DNA of 63,866 nucleotides, filler included, from Collodictyon triciliatum (GCA_043381765.1; 8 parts of 8 records of this genome joined end to end with filler, not necessarily neighbours in it); one strand, 5' to 3'; shown: positions 1 to 17,667, counted from the whole stretch's first letter. Made by a program: numbers and translations. Notes: generated from the sequence alone by a model not told the origin.

Positions 1-52
<52 letters not shown>
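1..52. repeat. (TG)n microsatellite at an intron 3' end
   Basis: Read directly. Confidence 0.95.
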
Positions 53-55
<3 letters not shown>

Positions 56-57
<2 letters not shown>

Positions 58-2769
58 GCTTCTACCCTCTGTGAGCCCCCCTTCAAAGTCCACCGTTGCT
101 CTACTTCCTTACTCCAGCGGAACAACAGGACTTAGCAAGGGAGTTATGTTGAGTCACTATAATATCATAGCAAACCTAGAGCAAGTTCAGGAAGAAACAT
201 CGTTTGATGATGTTTTGTGCGGAGTTCTTCCCTTCTTTCATATTTGTGAGTCTATATTTCAGCTATCTGTCATTATAATCTCAATTAATAAATGGAAATG
301 CAAATTGAACGGCACACTAAGCGATAATTCGTTTAATCATGATATTCTGATCGCTACATCCACTTTTTGTACTTACATATGTTTCAACTGTTGCGCGGTT
401 TGCCTCATCAGACGGCATGGTTTGTGTTACATCACGCAAAAGTAACGAATGAAATAAAATATTAGACGCTTCAAAAATACATATGCAAATATGCAGTTAT
501 ACACATATGTTATAAACAACCTGACAAGTGAATTGGATGTAGCTTGTAATTCTCTTTGGCGCACTCCGTAATGGAGCCACCCTCGTAACGATGCCGTCTT
601 TCGATCTAGAGAAATATCTCATCAATTGCAGGGTTAATAATAATTCATTTTAGTTCCCTTATCACGTGTATGTCCGATTGGTTTTCCCTTCTGACCAGTA
701 CCATCTATATTCCACATACTATTGACTACTATTATGATACTCCTATAGATTGCATTTTAAAAAAAAAGCATATAAAGCATATATTTGGTAACCACTTTAC
801 CATCAGGATTTCAAAGTTACTATTGGGCATATTGTACCTCCAATCGCACTGGCCTTGGCAAAACATCCACTAGTTGAGAAATATCTGCCGCTATCCATCA
901 ACCGATTTCTTAGTGGTGCGGCTCCAATGGGTCCTGAGCTTGAAGCTGAGGTTACAAAGAGAACAGGTGCACATACCAAGCAAGGATACGGCATGACAGA
1001 GCTCTCTCCTGTATCACACATTGTCGTCGGAAAAAATAGCAGGTTTACTTCCACATCATTTTTAGTCGATAAGATTAATCGAGACATTATTAATGCTATT
1101 CTTTGTTCTGTTTGAGTTTATCTATTTTTGATGTCTCCATGGTAAATTCATCTATTTCGCTTATCATACATTTATATTCTTTGAATCGAAGGAAGGAAGG
1201 AAAAAAATCATGCGTACAAATAAATAAATTAAACGATTAACATAAAAGAGCTGGGTCCTGTGGTGTTTTAGTCCCAAACACCGAGGCCATGGTTGTGAGT
1301 CTAACAACTGGCGAGCCCCTGGGTCCCAATGAGGAAGGAGAGCTTCTTATCCGTGGTCCCCAAGTCATGCTCGGTAACTTTTTTACCACATACAGTATGC
1401 CATTTATACCTTTTCTCTCATTTTTCACTTTTTATGTTAGACTTACACTTAATTAGTAGTGCATAATATAATATAATATGATCGTCAAATCTCTTTGATA
1501 CTAGGATATCTTAATAATACCGCAGCTACTCAGTTCACCATTGATTCCGAAGGGTGGTTGCATACTGGAGATGTCAGCGTCTTATTAAGCATTCGCAGGC
1601 TATTTTCAATAAAATTCTAAATTGCTAAAATTAATTCATTCTCAACTCAGATCGCAAAGTATGATGAAGATGGATACTTTTACATCTTGGTACGCTTTTT
1701 TCCCTACATAATGGTTTTGGAGCATGTTCTAGCTTTCCCATTCGCAATAATTGCTTAATTTCATACAACAATTTCATGTTCAAGAAAACATAAACATCAT
1801 CTTTATTTTTACTCGTATATTTATGAGATTTATAATAATTATTATTATCATCATCACTTTTAATGGACAATACTACTCACAAATCATATTGCGACAGGAC
1901 CGTGTGAAAGAGTTAATCAAGTATAAAGGATTCCAAGTGCCTCCTGCCGAACTAGAAGAACTTCTTGTAAACCTCGGATAAATCTCTTAAAATACATAAT
2001 TTTTTTTCCTGGGAATATACTTTGACACAAGATTGCAATTTTAAAATAAATGTATATATTATGGACTTCTCACGACCATAATTCATTGTTTATGTTTTGC
2101 ATCCAGCTTACCCATCCTGGTGTGGCAGATGCAGCAGTCATCCCAATACCTGATGTCGAAGTTGGAGACATTCCAAAGGCTTTCATAGTTCTCAAGGTGA
2201 CTCCAAACATTTTAATTGCTATTATTTTGGTTCCTTCTTTTATCTTCCATCACAAAATATGGAAATGAATGAGAAGAAAACAAACGCGGATATACTTGGT
2301 GTGCATATACCCAATAGCCAACCGCAAACGTGACTGCAGACGAAATCATGAAGTTTGTCGAGGAGCGAGTGACTTACTACAAGCGCATTCGACTGGTTGA
2401 ATTCACTGATGTGATTCCCAAGTCAGGGTCAGGAAAGGTATTGTTGTTTATTCGTTTATTTATTTATTTTTTTCTTTATCGCATCCCAATTATTTTCTTG
2501 CTTTTTTTTTTTTATTAATATTAATCCTTTATACCTAACATCGGGCTTTATAATCGCCGCAGATTTATTTTATATACATTTACATCCATCCCATGTGCGA
2601 TACTTACTGTTTATTGAACTGGAGAATATTCTATGTCCATGTCATTGCCTTCAGTGATGAGAAAAGACAATAATTAGAAGAAACCAAACCAAACCAATCC
2701 AAACAGATTCTCCGACGTGTTCTGAAAGACCTGGAGAAACAAAGGAGCCAGGCGAGAGCCAAACTCTAA
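56..2769 (+). CDS. 4-coumarate-CoA ligase/luciferase-like acyl-CoA synthetase, 5'-partial, multi-exon, C-terminal PTS1 (-AKL)
   Basis: Spliced GT-AG exons give [86 protein letters not shown] and [12 protein letters not shown]. The last exon 2707-2769 ends ...QARAKL*. Confidence 0.93.
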
Positions 2770-3574
2770 TGGGTTTCTGAAGACCACGATTCAATACGGG
2801 ATGCGGTCGAGAAGTTGCCGGATAAGATTCATCCGAAAGGCATCCATAAACCAACGATATTGTCCCCACTCTACTTCATTTCCTACGCTGAACTTTGTCT
2901 TGCGCTCATCGCTGTTTTCATGGGGGGGTTTAATCATGTTTTTTTTTTTCAATCACACACCCCACAACCCTCATCTGCACAGTCTCTCATCCACACAACA
3001 CAAAACGCGCTCCTCCCTCGGCGCTAATTTTCGCTGAAAACAAGAAACCAGAAATTCAAATATTCAAATGCCCCTTTCGTGGAGAGTTTTCCCTTTAAGC
3101 GAAAAATATTTTTTATTTTATTTTAAAGCAGCTAATACAGGGCGACATTGTTCTTCCCTGCCCAAGCTCGTTGGTGGCCTCACACAAGCACGCCTGTCCT
3201 CACCACAGACGAGGCTGAGAAGAGGGCGCTTGAGTTGTTGTGAAATATGGAAGCCTAAATGACCCAAGAAGAATGTTCAACTCTCAACATAACAGCCATG
3301 ATATTGCGGTGGCCATGAGACTATCCATACCCCAACAAACGCGCACTAATACCGCATAATAGGATGCAGCGCTTTCACAGGATCGAAAGTTGCTTTTCTG
3401 TTTTTGTGGGCGCTGCGTTACTTATTCATCGTTTCTTCTTTTTATTCTCCCAAACTCTTTTCAGCTCGAGTCCTACCAATGTTAGATTAAAAAAAAAAAA
3501 AATAGCGTCAGAGGAAAGTCATTCATCTGTCTGATTTCACTGTACTGCACAGAAATATTACCAGGCTCGAAAGC

Positions 3575-5833
3575 ATGCCGCGTAAGAAGATCGTCGACAG
3601 CGACGAAGATAGTGACGATGCCTTTGACGATGACTTTATGAGCACCAAAATTAGCGAGCAGACTCGCAAGGAAGCGTCACAGAGGGCTCAGCCAAGAAGA
3701 GTGTTAGGAAGAGCAGCAGCTCCTGCACCGCCACCTAAACCTGAACCAAAGAAAAAGGTCACCAAGAAGATAATAGAAGAAGAAGAGGAAGAAGAAGAAG
3801 AGGAAGCGGACGACGAAGACTTTAAGGGGAGTGAAGATAATGATGACGAGGTTGTAGTAGAGGCAGAAAATGAGGAGGAGGAGGAGGAGGAGGAGGAAAG
3901 TGATATGGAAGAAGAGGGAGAGGAAGAGGAGGAGGAAGAGGAGGAGGATTATGAAGAAGTGAAGGAAGCCACCAGAAACTCGAAGAAAAAAGGACAGGTT
4001 TGACGTGTACTCGAAAACCATCAACCTACATCTTTCTCCTGTTATCAATTACAAAAAAGGTGCGTCTCCTTCAAGTCAATTGTAATTTGTAATACTAGAA
4101 AAAGATGAAAAAAATTATTCGTCTATATCTTTAGCCCCCGACAAAGCCAACCTCAAGATCATCCAGAAAGAAGATAGAGTCGGACTCTGATAGTCCTGAT
4201 GAAGGGAATGATGGTGAAGATGAGGAATACGAGGAGGGCGATGACTCATATGACGAGGGAATCAAAAAAAAGAAGCCAATATCGAAGACAAGCGGAGAAA
4301 AGAAGAAAGAGCTCGTAAAAGAATCAAAAAAGGCTACCAAGAAGACTGTATTGGCTGAAGGCGATGAATCCCCGATCAAACCTCTTGACATAAGCAATGA
4401 TTCTTTCGCATCAGAAGAGAACACTCCCAAGAAGCGCGGGCTCAAAAAAATCTCAGATACTGATGCAGACGAAAATGAAGCCCAGCCTCCAAGCAAAGCA
4501 TCAAAAAAGATCAAGACCAGCGACGAGGTTTTGACTAACACACCACCCATCGTGCATCACCTCTTCAGATGTATATTAAGATTCACACAAAGACTCATAC
4601 TTGACTATCCTCCTGACTTTTACAATCAAATTTTTCATCTGTGTAGACTGCCATCGAGGGACAAATATCCAAGAAACTATTTGAAAAGGCCTTTGAAAGC
4701 AATATATTTTGCGAAGAAAAACAGGATCCAACTACGATACTACCGATTCAACAGAGTATGACGCTTTTATTTCTTTTTTTTAAGCAGTTCTCTCTCCTAC
4801 TGGGATCCCCATCACCTGTGCATATTATAGCCGTTTCAATCGGTACACCAACATTTATCTCTTAAGTTCAGTGCCTTGCACCACCCTTTAAATTATTTCG
4901 GGTAGGCTTCATCAGAAGTGAAACAAGGGACATCAGTCGCAAGGGAATATCAAGAAGAACTCGATATCTATTCAGTTTACCTTGTCGCCTTGGCGTTTTA
5001 AACCACGGGCAGATTGGAACTCTAGCTAATCTTGATACACAAAACCCTATCATGTACTGGAACTTCGACAAGGTATATAAAGAAACATTCTCAATAATTC
5101 CTTTTATTCTAACCTTTCGTTTAGGTCTCCCATAAATGAATGCACTCATATTCGAACATTATGTGTGTTTTCAAGTGCCTTTTTTTTTTTTTTTTTAATT
5201 TACGTTTGGTAATGAAAACTTCCAAAAAAAGGGCCGTCTTAAATTTTACGGAACATATGTTGTCCCTAAGAATACCTATGTTACCCTCGGCGGAGGCAAA
5301 GTGAATACTTTTTCAAAAAAAGGAGCCTTTTTTTTTTTTGACACATTTTAGCTTCTACTGTATTTATACCATGTATTAGTCAATCATTTATTGAAGGTGA
5401 TTAACATCCAGAATAACATCACATGCGATGATGTGTTTTCAACCCTGACGATCTTCCCAAAATTTGCCTGGATTGGTACACCTGAAGAAAATCCAGATGA
5501 AACCCCGCTGCCTTTACCAGATTGGATGAAAACAGTGAGATTAATTACAAAAACTAAGTATGAATAAAAAGCAAAACGATGTCATCGCAGGGGTTTGAAT
5601 AAATTGTTCTTTTAAAATAATTTCTAGGATAAAATTTCTTCAAAAGCGAGCTTCGAGGCTGGAATCGGCATGCTCAATTCAGCGTGTGTTTTTATAATGC
5701 TAAGCTTCACACATAAGATTCAATTGTGATTATCTTGTCAACTTTAATCTTAATCAAACAAACGAGGCAAAGATCTTATCAATTTAAATAATTTTATCAA
5801 TATTTAGGACGACTTATGCAAGTACATGCCTGA
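3575..5833 (+). CDS. RHL1: RHL1 (ROOT HAIRLESS 1)-like DNA topoisomerase VI accessory protein with a long acidic/lysine-rich N-terminus; last exon uncertain
   Basis: Exons at ~4906-5072, ~5232-5300 and ~5412-5534 give RRTRYLFSLPCRLG..IGTLANLDTQNPIMYWNFDK-GRLKFYGTYVVPKNTYVTL..NITCDDVFSTLTIFPKFAWIGTPEENPDETPLPLP. This follows the plant RHL1 core pattern (RFLFSFPG..L..KNPVLY..F.QGRMKLFGTI.YPKNRYLTL..CDD.F....WWIGTKEENPEE). Confidence 0.8.
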
Positions 5834-5897
5834 TTTAAGTTGAATTGTTTTTTATTTCTTGTATACTACATCTGCCACATAGTTTATCTATATTTTA

Positions 5898-5959
5898 CCT
5901 TCTGATGTATGTAACTTTGAATCGAATAAAGGGGAAAAAAACCCTTCTGATGTATGTAA
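5898..5959 (+). mobile_element. Ultra-short A-tailed insertion (5915-5942) with a 17-bp target-site duplication
   Basis: CCTTCTGATGTATGTAA [CTTTGAATCGAATAAAGGGGAAAAAAAC] CCTTCTGATGTATGTAA. Confidence 0.8.
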
Positions 5960-6117
5960 TGTATGTAATGTATGTAATGTATGTAATGTATGTANNNNNN
6001 NNNNNNNNNNNNNNNNNNNNNNNNNNNNNNNNNNNNNNNNNNNNNNNNNNNNNNNNNNNNNNNNNNNNNNNNGTAATGTATGTAATGTATGTAATGTATG
6101 TAATGTATGTAATGTAT
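5951..6117. repeat. (TGTATGTAA)n tandem repeat with an internal gap
   Basis: Read directly. Confidence 0.95.
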
Positions 6118-6132
6118 GGGAGAGCGGCTTAC

Positions 6133-8464
6133 ATCTAAAGGTTGGTTTGCATCGGCGTCATACCCACTCAAATCCCCACATGATAGGAAAGGAACTATAC
6201 ATCGATTAGGTCCAACGAAGGGATTTTCTTCCCCTGGGAGAAATGGAGGAATATCAAAAGATCAAAAGATCAAAAGATCAAAAGATCAAAAGATCAAAAG
6301 ATCAAAAGATCAAAAGATCAAAAGATCAAAAGATCAAAAGATCAAAAGATAAAAAGATAAGATGACAAAAAGACAAGTAATATAAATTTTTTTTTTTTGT
6401 GAATAGGTCTCATGAAAATCATGCAGAAATAATGGTGAAAGATCTTAACTTTCAAGGAATAGATATTTACCGTATGGAAAGTCTAAGATAGGCTGCTCCA
6501 TAGATGGAATATATCCAGGTGGAAGTTGAAGCTCACGACATACAACAAAAGCCTCTAATATTTATGAATTACTTATCTCGCACATATTTATTCAATACCA
6601 TGAAAAATAACAACCATCCCCCTCTCCCCCCGCCCCCCCCTTTTTTCCCCCCCTTGATTTCATTTTTTTCTCTCGTAAAAACCGAATCGAATAGAAGGAA
6701 AATTTTTTTCTACAAAATCTCCAAAAAAATCAAGCAAATCCTACCAACAGATGCATTTCGGCTACTTTTAGGCTTGGAAACAACGACAGTTTTAAAAAAT
6801 ATGCGCAGTTGAGCGTACAGAAGAGTTATATCCTTTCCTCGGAATATCTATGATACAAAAACATTCAGTACCAATATTGTCTTGCTCTATTCGTTCCATA
6901 ATGTTGTGTTTTACAAGTAACGTGCCAAGCAACATGCTTATTAATCTTCGCTAGAAATAAACTTCCATCGTCTTGCACAAATTAAAAGGAATAATGAAAA
7001 CAAACCTTCGCTACAAATGAGCCCCCCTCACGAAGCACAAAAGTGGATATATTCAAAGCCTATATTTTCATTAAAGCAATAAGACCATTCAAAATACTGA
7101 TAAATGACACCCCTCTCCTTGGTTTTAGTATGTGAAACAAATAATTACCGCCAAAATCAATTGCGACTGAATATACTCGTCAATATCATGGAGTCCGGTG
7201 ACTGTGGAAAGGATAAAAATGCGATATTGACATTGTTTCACATGTAATTACAAAACCCTTTCTATATTCCTTCGGGATTATGATGTTTAAGTTCATAGAA
7301 ATGTAATCGAATAAAGGAAAAAAGTTCATAGAAATGTAAAATACCATCAGGAGCCCCATCAGATACAACCAAATCAGCTTTTTTCCCACCCAGACTCGAA
7401 ATTATAGACTCTGCAGTTTCTCTTTTTGTTATATCGCCCTGTTGATATAATTAGTCACACATCTGAGTTCATAGTTACCTTTCCAAAAAGAATGGATACA
7501 TTCGTTTAAGATTCGATGTATTTTATAATTATTAATAACCATAAAAGGAATAAATAGGAAAACCTGCAACTGAATCACACCAGGTAACGGATACATAGGT
7601 TGCAAGTCGACAGATACAACCTTTGTGTCCTCTTGCAAAATACTATCATAGCAGGGAAGATATTGTTATCACTTCAGAACTCGAAATGATTAAAATCGCA
7701 CAGATAAAATAGAACAAGGATAAGAAAAATAATAACAGCTATAAATGCATAAATATGCAGATCTATCTTCTTACGCGGGGTCTTGGTCTCCATAAAGCTT
7801 CTTGCTAATCACTTGACTCCAGCTACCTGGTGCTGCACACAAATCCACAACACGTTCGACGCCTGCGAAATTTTATTGGTGACGCAAGTAAAATAAATAA
7901 ATTAATATGTAGTTTTCAAGATGAGATGGATATTTGGGTACACCACATCTGATTTAGCAATGTGCCAAACAATTACTGCGTATTGCCCACTAATTAACAC
8001 ATATCTTTAACAAAAAAAAAAAAAAACGTATATCGAGTATGATATAAAAATGCACACACATACCTAAAAACAACTGAAACTCCTCATCTAATTGAAGCAA
8101 CTTGAAAGCAGAGCGAGCCCGCCAACCTTCTTCTTTCGCCTTTCGATAATAAATATCCTACAAAAATGATTCATATGTTTGTCCAAGTCATGAAACGATT
8201 TTATTTAAATTTTAACATAAGTCTGATGCTTTTTTTTCTCGGCATCCTGAGACCCATCTCATGCACTATTGATCTCTTTTGTTTGGAGGGAAGCATAAAA
8301 GGGGAAATAGTCGCGGAAGTTTCCCCATTTATACTTCTCTTGTTTAACTTCAAATGTAAACAAATCAAAACAAAAAAAAAAGTTCACACATTTACCCAAT
8401 AATCAAGGAATAAAAAAAAAAGGAGGGGAATACTTACCCTCTTGTCCTTTGAGCTGCGTCCCAT
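6133..8464 (-). CDS. TRM7: tRNA (cytidine32/guanosine34-2'-O)-methyltransferase TRM7/FTSJ1; at least 10 exons, terminal exon below 6133 not resolved
   Basis: [117 protein letters not shown]; all junctions GT-AG. Confidence 0.95.
6253..6350. repeat. (AAAAGATC)n intronic tandem repeat
   Basis: Read directly. Confidence 0.95.
7289..7339 (+). mobile_element. Ultra-short A-tailed insertion (7307-7321) with an 18-bp target-site duplication, in a TRM7 intron
   Basis: AAGTTCATAGAAATGTAA [TCGAATAAAGGAAAA] AAGTTCATAGAAATGTAA. Confidence 0.8.
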
Positions 8465-8562
8465 CTCCTCTATGCCAGCTGCTCGAGCTTGGTTGAACCA
8501 AGAGGGGGTGCGATCTGAAGTCGGTATAGGGCTGATTTTCGTCATGGGATATCGAGCGACCA

Positions 8563-8658
8563 AAACAAGAAACAAGAAACAAGAAACAAGAAACAAGAAA
8601 CAAGAAACAAGAAACAAGAAACAAGAAACAAGAAACAAGAAACAAGAAACAAGAAACA
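8563..8658. repeat. (AAACAAG)n tandem repeat
   Basis: Read directly. Confidence 0.95.
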
Positions 8659-8786
8659 ACCAACAATCAACGACCAACGACCAACGACCAACAACATAAA
8701 ACATGAAACAAAAAACAAAAAAAACAAAACAAAAAACAAACAAGAAACAAACAAGAAACAAACAAGAAGCAAACAAGAAAACCAAA

Positions 8787-8886
8787 NNNNNNNNNNNNNN
8801 NNNNNNNNNNNNNNNNNNNNNNNNNNNNNNTTAATTAATTAANNNNNNNNNNNNNNNNNNNNNNNNNNNNNNNNNNNNNNNNNNNN
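8787..8886. other. Artificial scaffold linker N44-TTAATTAATTAA-N44 (also at 17668, 26547, 37955, 46837, 55709, 62083)
   Basis: Seven identical 100-nt blocks with stops in all six frames; genes are truncated at them. Confidence 0.97.
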
Positions 8887-8919
8887 CTTTTTTATTCGCT
8901 TGTACTTGCAATTATTCGC

Positions 8920-9250
8920 TTTTATTCTTTTTTTCTCTTTTTTCTCTTTTTTCTCTTTTTTCTCTTTTTTCTCTTTTTTCTCTTTTTTCTCTTTTTTCTC
9001 TTTTTTCTCTTTTTTCTCTTTTTTCTCTTTATTCTCTTTATTCTCTTTATTCTTTTTTCTCTTTTATTCTCTTTTATTCTCTTTTATTCTCTTTTATTCT
9101 CTTTTATTCTCTTTTATTCGCTTTTATTCGCTTTTATTCGCTTTTATTCTCTTTTATTCGCTTTTATTCGCTTTTATTCTCTTTTATTCTCTTTTATTCT
9201 CTTTTATTCTCTTTTATTCTCTTTTATTCTCTTTTATTCGCTTTTATTCG
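8920..9250. repeat. (TTTTTTCTC)n grading into (CTTTTATTCT/G)n tandem repeat
   Basis: Read directly. Confidence 0.9.
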
Positions 9251-9542
9251 CCGTTTTCTCTTTTTCTCTTTTTCTTTCTCGATGCATCTTTTGATGAGAG
9301 CCTGACACGATAGCTTGCCTACTCAAAATAATGACAGAGCACAAATTCGCTCTTTTCAGTCCTTCTTTTTGCTTTTAACAAGCCAAGCCAACACCCTTTC
9401 CAAGCAACTCCGTCCCGGAGCGCAATGCCGAAAAAAAAAAGTGATCGGAGCTCAAAACCTATTCCGTTGTACTAAATCACGCCCTTAACCGCTTCAGACT
9501 CTTGTGTAATAGTACGAAACAACCAGGAAGGAGGAGTTTCTA

Positions 9543-12500
9543 ATGCTGGGTTTTACCTCCAAGTAAGAACAACACTTTCCGGGAAAACTTCTGCTCTGCC
9601 TATTGTTTCCCCAATCCTCGTCTCTTCTATGCTAAGCGATCCTCCTTTCTGCTTCAGGTTTGTGCCAAAGTCTGGCGTTATCCGCCCATACACAACCGCC
9701 AAGGCTGCCTCTGCAGAGTACGACATTATCATCTCCGGCCACGGCATGGTCGGTGGTGCCTTAGCCGTCGCTGTCGGTTAGTTTTCCCTTTCTTTTTTAT
9801 TCCCCGTTTTCTTTCTCTTTTCTTTCTCTTTTCTTTCTCTTTTCTTTCTCTTTTCTTTCTCTTTTCTTTCTCTTTTCTTTCTCTTTTCTTTCTCTTTCTC
9901 TTTCTCTTTCTCTTTCTCTTTCTCTTTCTCTTTCTCTTTCTCTTTTCTTCTCTTTCTCACCCCTGAGAAACTGTCAATAACTGCCGCGGTGTGGAACCCT
10001 CATGTACTAATGTAACTTTGACACACAGCTGGATCTCGCCTGGGATCAAACCTCAAGGTTGCTCTCATCGACCGCTTTGTTCCGACCCCGGTTGACACCA
10101 AGCGCGGCATGGAAACCCGTGTCATTTCTGTTGCTCCTTCCACATCCAACTTTTTGAAGGGTAACAAAATCAACCCTATTCTAAGATTAGTTGCCCAAGA
10201 CTCATATGACCTCTTCCACTCTCGCTAGTTTTTTTTCTTAACCTCACTCTCGCACACAATCCTACTCGAAGATATTTTCCTCTAGATGTGTTGTTATAAC
10301 CCACTCGTCTAAGTGGAACTACTTTTTTTATTTAGAAATCGGAGTCTGGGATGACATCGCTGCGTACAGAGTGACCCCCTTCCACCACATGAGGGTATGA
10401 GAATATCCAACCCGCCTCTGTCCCTGTCCTTGTCAAAAGACACTAGTTATACGATATCGAATGTACTACTGTCTTCACAGGTGTGGGATTCTCGCGGCCT
10501 TGGTCAGATATTCTACTCAAACACCGATGTCAGTCTGCCACACATGGGCCACATTGTAGAAAACAACGTCATTGGCCGTGCCATCTGGGAAAAAATGACT
10601 CAGATGGAAAACATCAGCCTCATTACAGATGGCGAGGTACGCATCGTAGAAGCATCTCAGCTTTCTTTTTCTTTTTTGATGAAATTGGTGATGCCCAGAC
10701 ACAAGACAAACTCCACTTTCACACTTGCTCCTTCCACTTTCGTCTACTGCCACCCTTCAATACGAAAAAAAATTATGTCTGTGTTCCCCGCCACTTGTGA
10801 CGATACAGACACACTTCTATGTCTCCGTCTTTAACATCATTTTTCCTTACTCGTGCCGCTCCGGCCAATCATCACGATCTAACCTGGTCGATGGTCCACA
10901 TTCCAGATCAAAGCAATTACACCCAAGTTCCACGATGCATCAAGGAACGGCTCCTTCGACTACCCTGACTTCCTTGAAGTCGGACTATCGAATGGCTCGA
11001 CACTCAACTGCAAGACAATTGTGAGTGCACAAATCACACACATACGCATACGCACACGCACACCGCCTCGTTCAACGCTGCAGACTGGAAGTTATAAGCC
11101 TCTCCTTGCGCACCCACCTAGGTCGGCGCCGACGGGGCAAACTCTGTCGTGCGCAACATCGTCGGCTTCCCGCAAACCACGTACGACTACGACCGCATCG
11201 CTGTTGCCGGAACCGTCATGGTGGACCGCAATCACTCGACCGCCTGGCAGCGCTTCCTGGAGGGTGGGCCCATCGCACTGCTCCCGGTATGGTACCTTGC
11301 CCTCTCCTCGACATACGCCGCATCTCCCCTACCAGAAATCCCGCCTAACACCTGCGCGTCTCCTCCGAAAAGGGCCCAGGAAACTACAGTTCTATCGTAT
11401 GGTCCACCACCGTGGCCAGAGCTAAGGAGTTTGCGCGCCTAAGCCCCGAAGCGCGCATCGAGAAGCTTAATAGACTCTTCACTGACCCACCAGAGCTTCC
11501 GAGCGAGAAGTTTGCCAAGGAGGACGACGTAAGAGACCCTTGTATCCATATAGGGATGGAGAACTAGTCTATTCCGGCCACTGTTGTGTCTTTTCCTCTA
11601 TATCTCACATGGCGAACTGCACAAATCAGGACTCACATGCGGCCGAGCGCTTCGCCCAGTCCCAGAAGCTGACGCACGAGCAAAAGTACGTGGGCACGCT
11701 GCTGATGCCGTCCACCGGATCCACCCTGATTGCGCCGAGCTACCTGACCCAATTCACCCGCTTCCTGGAGAACACCACAGCCCTCATCGCCAGCGGCACG
11801 CAGCCCACGCCCCCCGTCATCACAGCCATTCCGACCAACCTGGCCAACTTCCCCTTGCGTCTGACCCACTCCAACATCTACCACCGCAATCGCGCCGTCC
11901 TCATCGGGTACGATTGACCGCCCGCCCCTGTCTTCTTCCTTTTTCTACTTTTCCTTCCTGCTCCGTCCTTGCCAACCCGTCACTCATTTGGCGTGCCCAC
12001 AGTGATGCTGCACACACGGTCCACCCACTCGCTGGACAGGGGGCAAACATGGGCTTCTCGGATGTCCAAGTCCTTGCTGAAGAGATTCTGCGTGCGACAT
12101 ACAGCGGAATCGACATTGGTTCGCTCATTTTTCTTTTCCTCCCCTTCACCTAGTTATCTACAACTATATGTACATATATACGTATATCTCACAATCCCCC
12201 TTCCTGCGTAGGCTCCCCGATCGTCCTCCAGGGATACGAGGACGCCCGCAAGATGCCCAACAAGGTTCTCCAGACGGCCATCGACTCGTTCCAGCACGGG
12301 TTCGACAATGAGAACCTCCCCATCAACTACGCCCGCAACTTTGTCCTGGCCTTCTTCAACTCTGCACCGTTCATCAGAGTCGGTTTTGTCTTATTTTGTG
12401 TGTGTGCGTGTGTTTTTGTTTTTACTTGCCACTGTGTCCCTCGCTGCGTTTGTATCGTTTTATATGCAGTATAATGTCCCAAAGACACAAAGCAGTCACT

Positions 12501-12594
12501 CAAGTCACAAACAATCCACCAGCAAATCGTCACTGCGTACGCCTCTGGCAATCTTGGAACCCCGAGCAGCGTCCACCTCCGCGACAGAGTCTAA
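9543..12594 (+). CDS. COQ6: Ubiquinone biosynthesis FAD monooxygenase COQ6 with a probable mitochondrial presequence
   Basis: [18 protein letters not shown].. then [85 protein letters not shown]; last exon 12523-12594. Confidence 0.93.
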
Positions 12595-12986
12595 GCAGAC
12601 CCAGTCTCGCTTCCTGCCCTCAAACAACACCGACCTGCTCAGCCGACCTCCCCATGTGCAACCCTTACATAAGAGATAAAAAAAAAAGAAGAGAAGGAAA
12701 AAGCTTTACTACTACCTCCATTTCTATTTATCTTCATTTTCAGGAAAAAGAGAAAAAAAGCAGGGGTTGTGTTCCTTTTGGGCAAAGCAAGCAACCTCTC
12801 CCCTTGGGACCAAATACACACCGAACAAACGAGAGAGTACACCTGCCCATACACTCATGCTGCGCCCACCACACATTCACCGCAACACTTTCGAGACTCT
12901 CCCTCATATGTTTCCGCTCCGGTGGGATTTAATCCATTTTGCAAACAGGGTGAGGGACAATCACCAAAAGAGTGTTTACTATCGAA

Positions 12987-17470
<4,484 letters not shown>

Positions 17471-17571
17471 AGGTCTGCCTTTTGCACACATAACCCAACA
17501 CATACATGCCAACTATGCCTTTTGAGTTGAATATTGTATCATCGAGCAGTGTCAACAGACATCCATATATA

Positions 17572-17667
17572 TACATACATACATACATACATACATACAT
17601 ACATACATACATACATACATACATACATACATACATACATACATACATACATACATACATACATACA
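17572..17667. repeat. (CATA)n microsatellite at a scaffold end
   Basis: Read directly. Confidence 0.95.

Noticed and set aside
5898-7339. CRISPR-like repeat-spacer arrangement
   Set aside because: The flanking repeats differ at each site while the insert is constant, the reverse of CRISPR. The context is eukaryotic and no cas genes are present.
8831-8842. Recurrent TTAATTAATTAA palindrome between N runs
   Set aside because: Artificial six-frame-stop linker. Gene adjacency across it has no biological meaning, so no cluster (e.g. KCS with later genes) was inferred across linkers.
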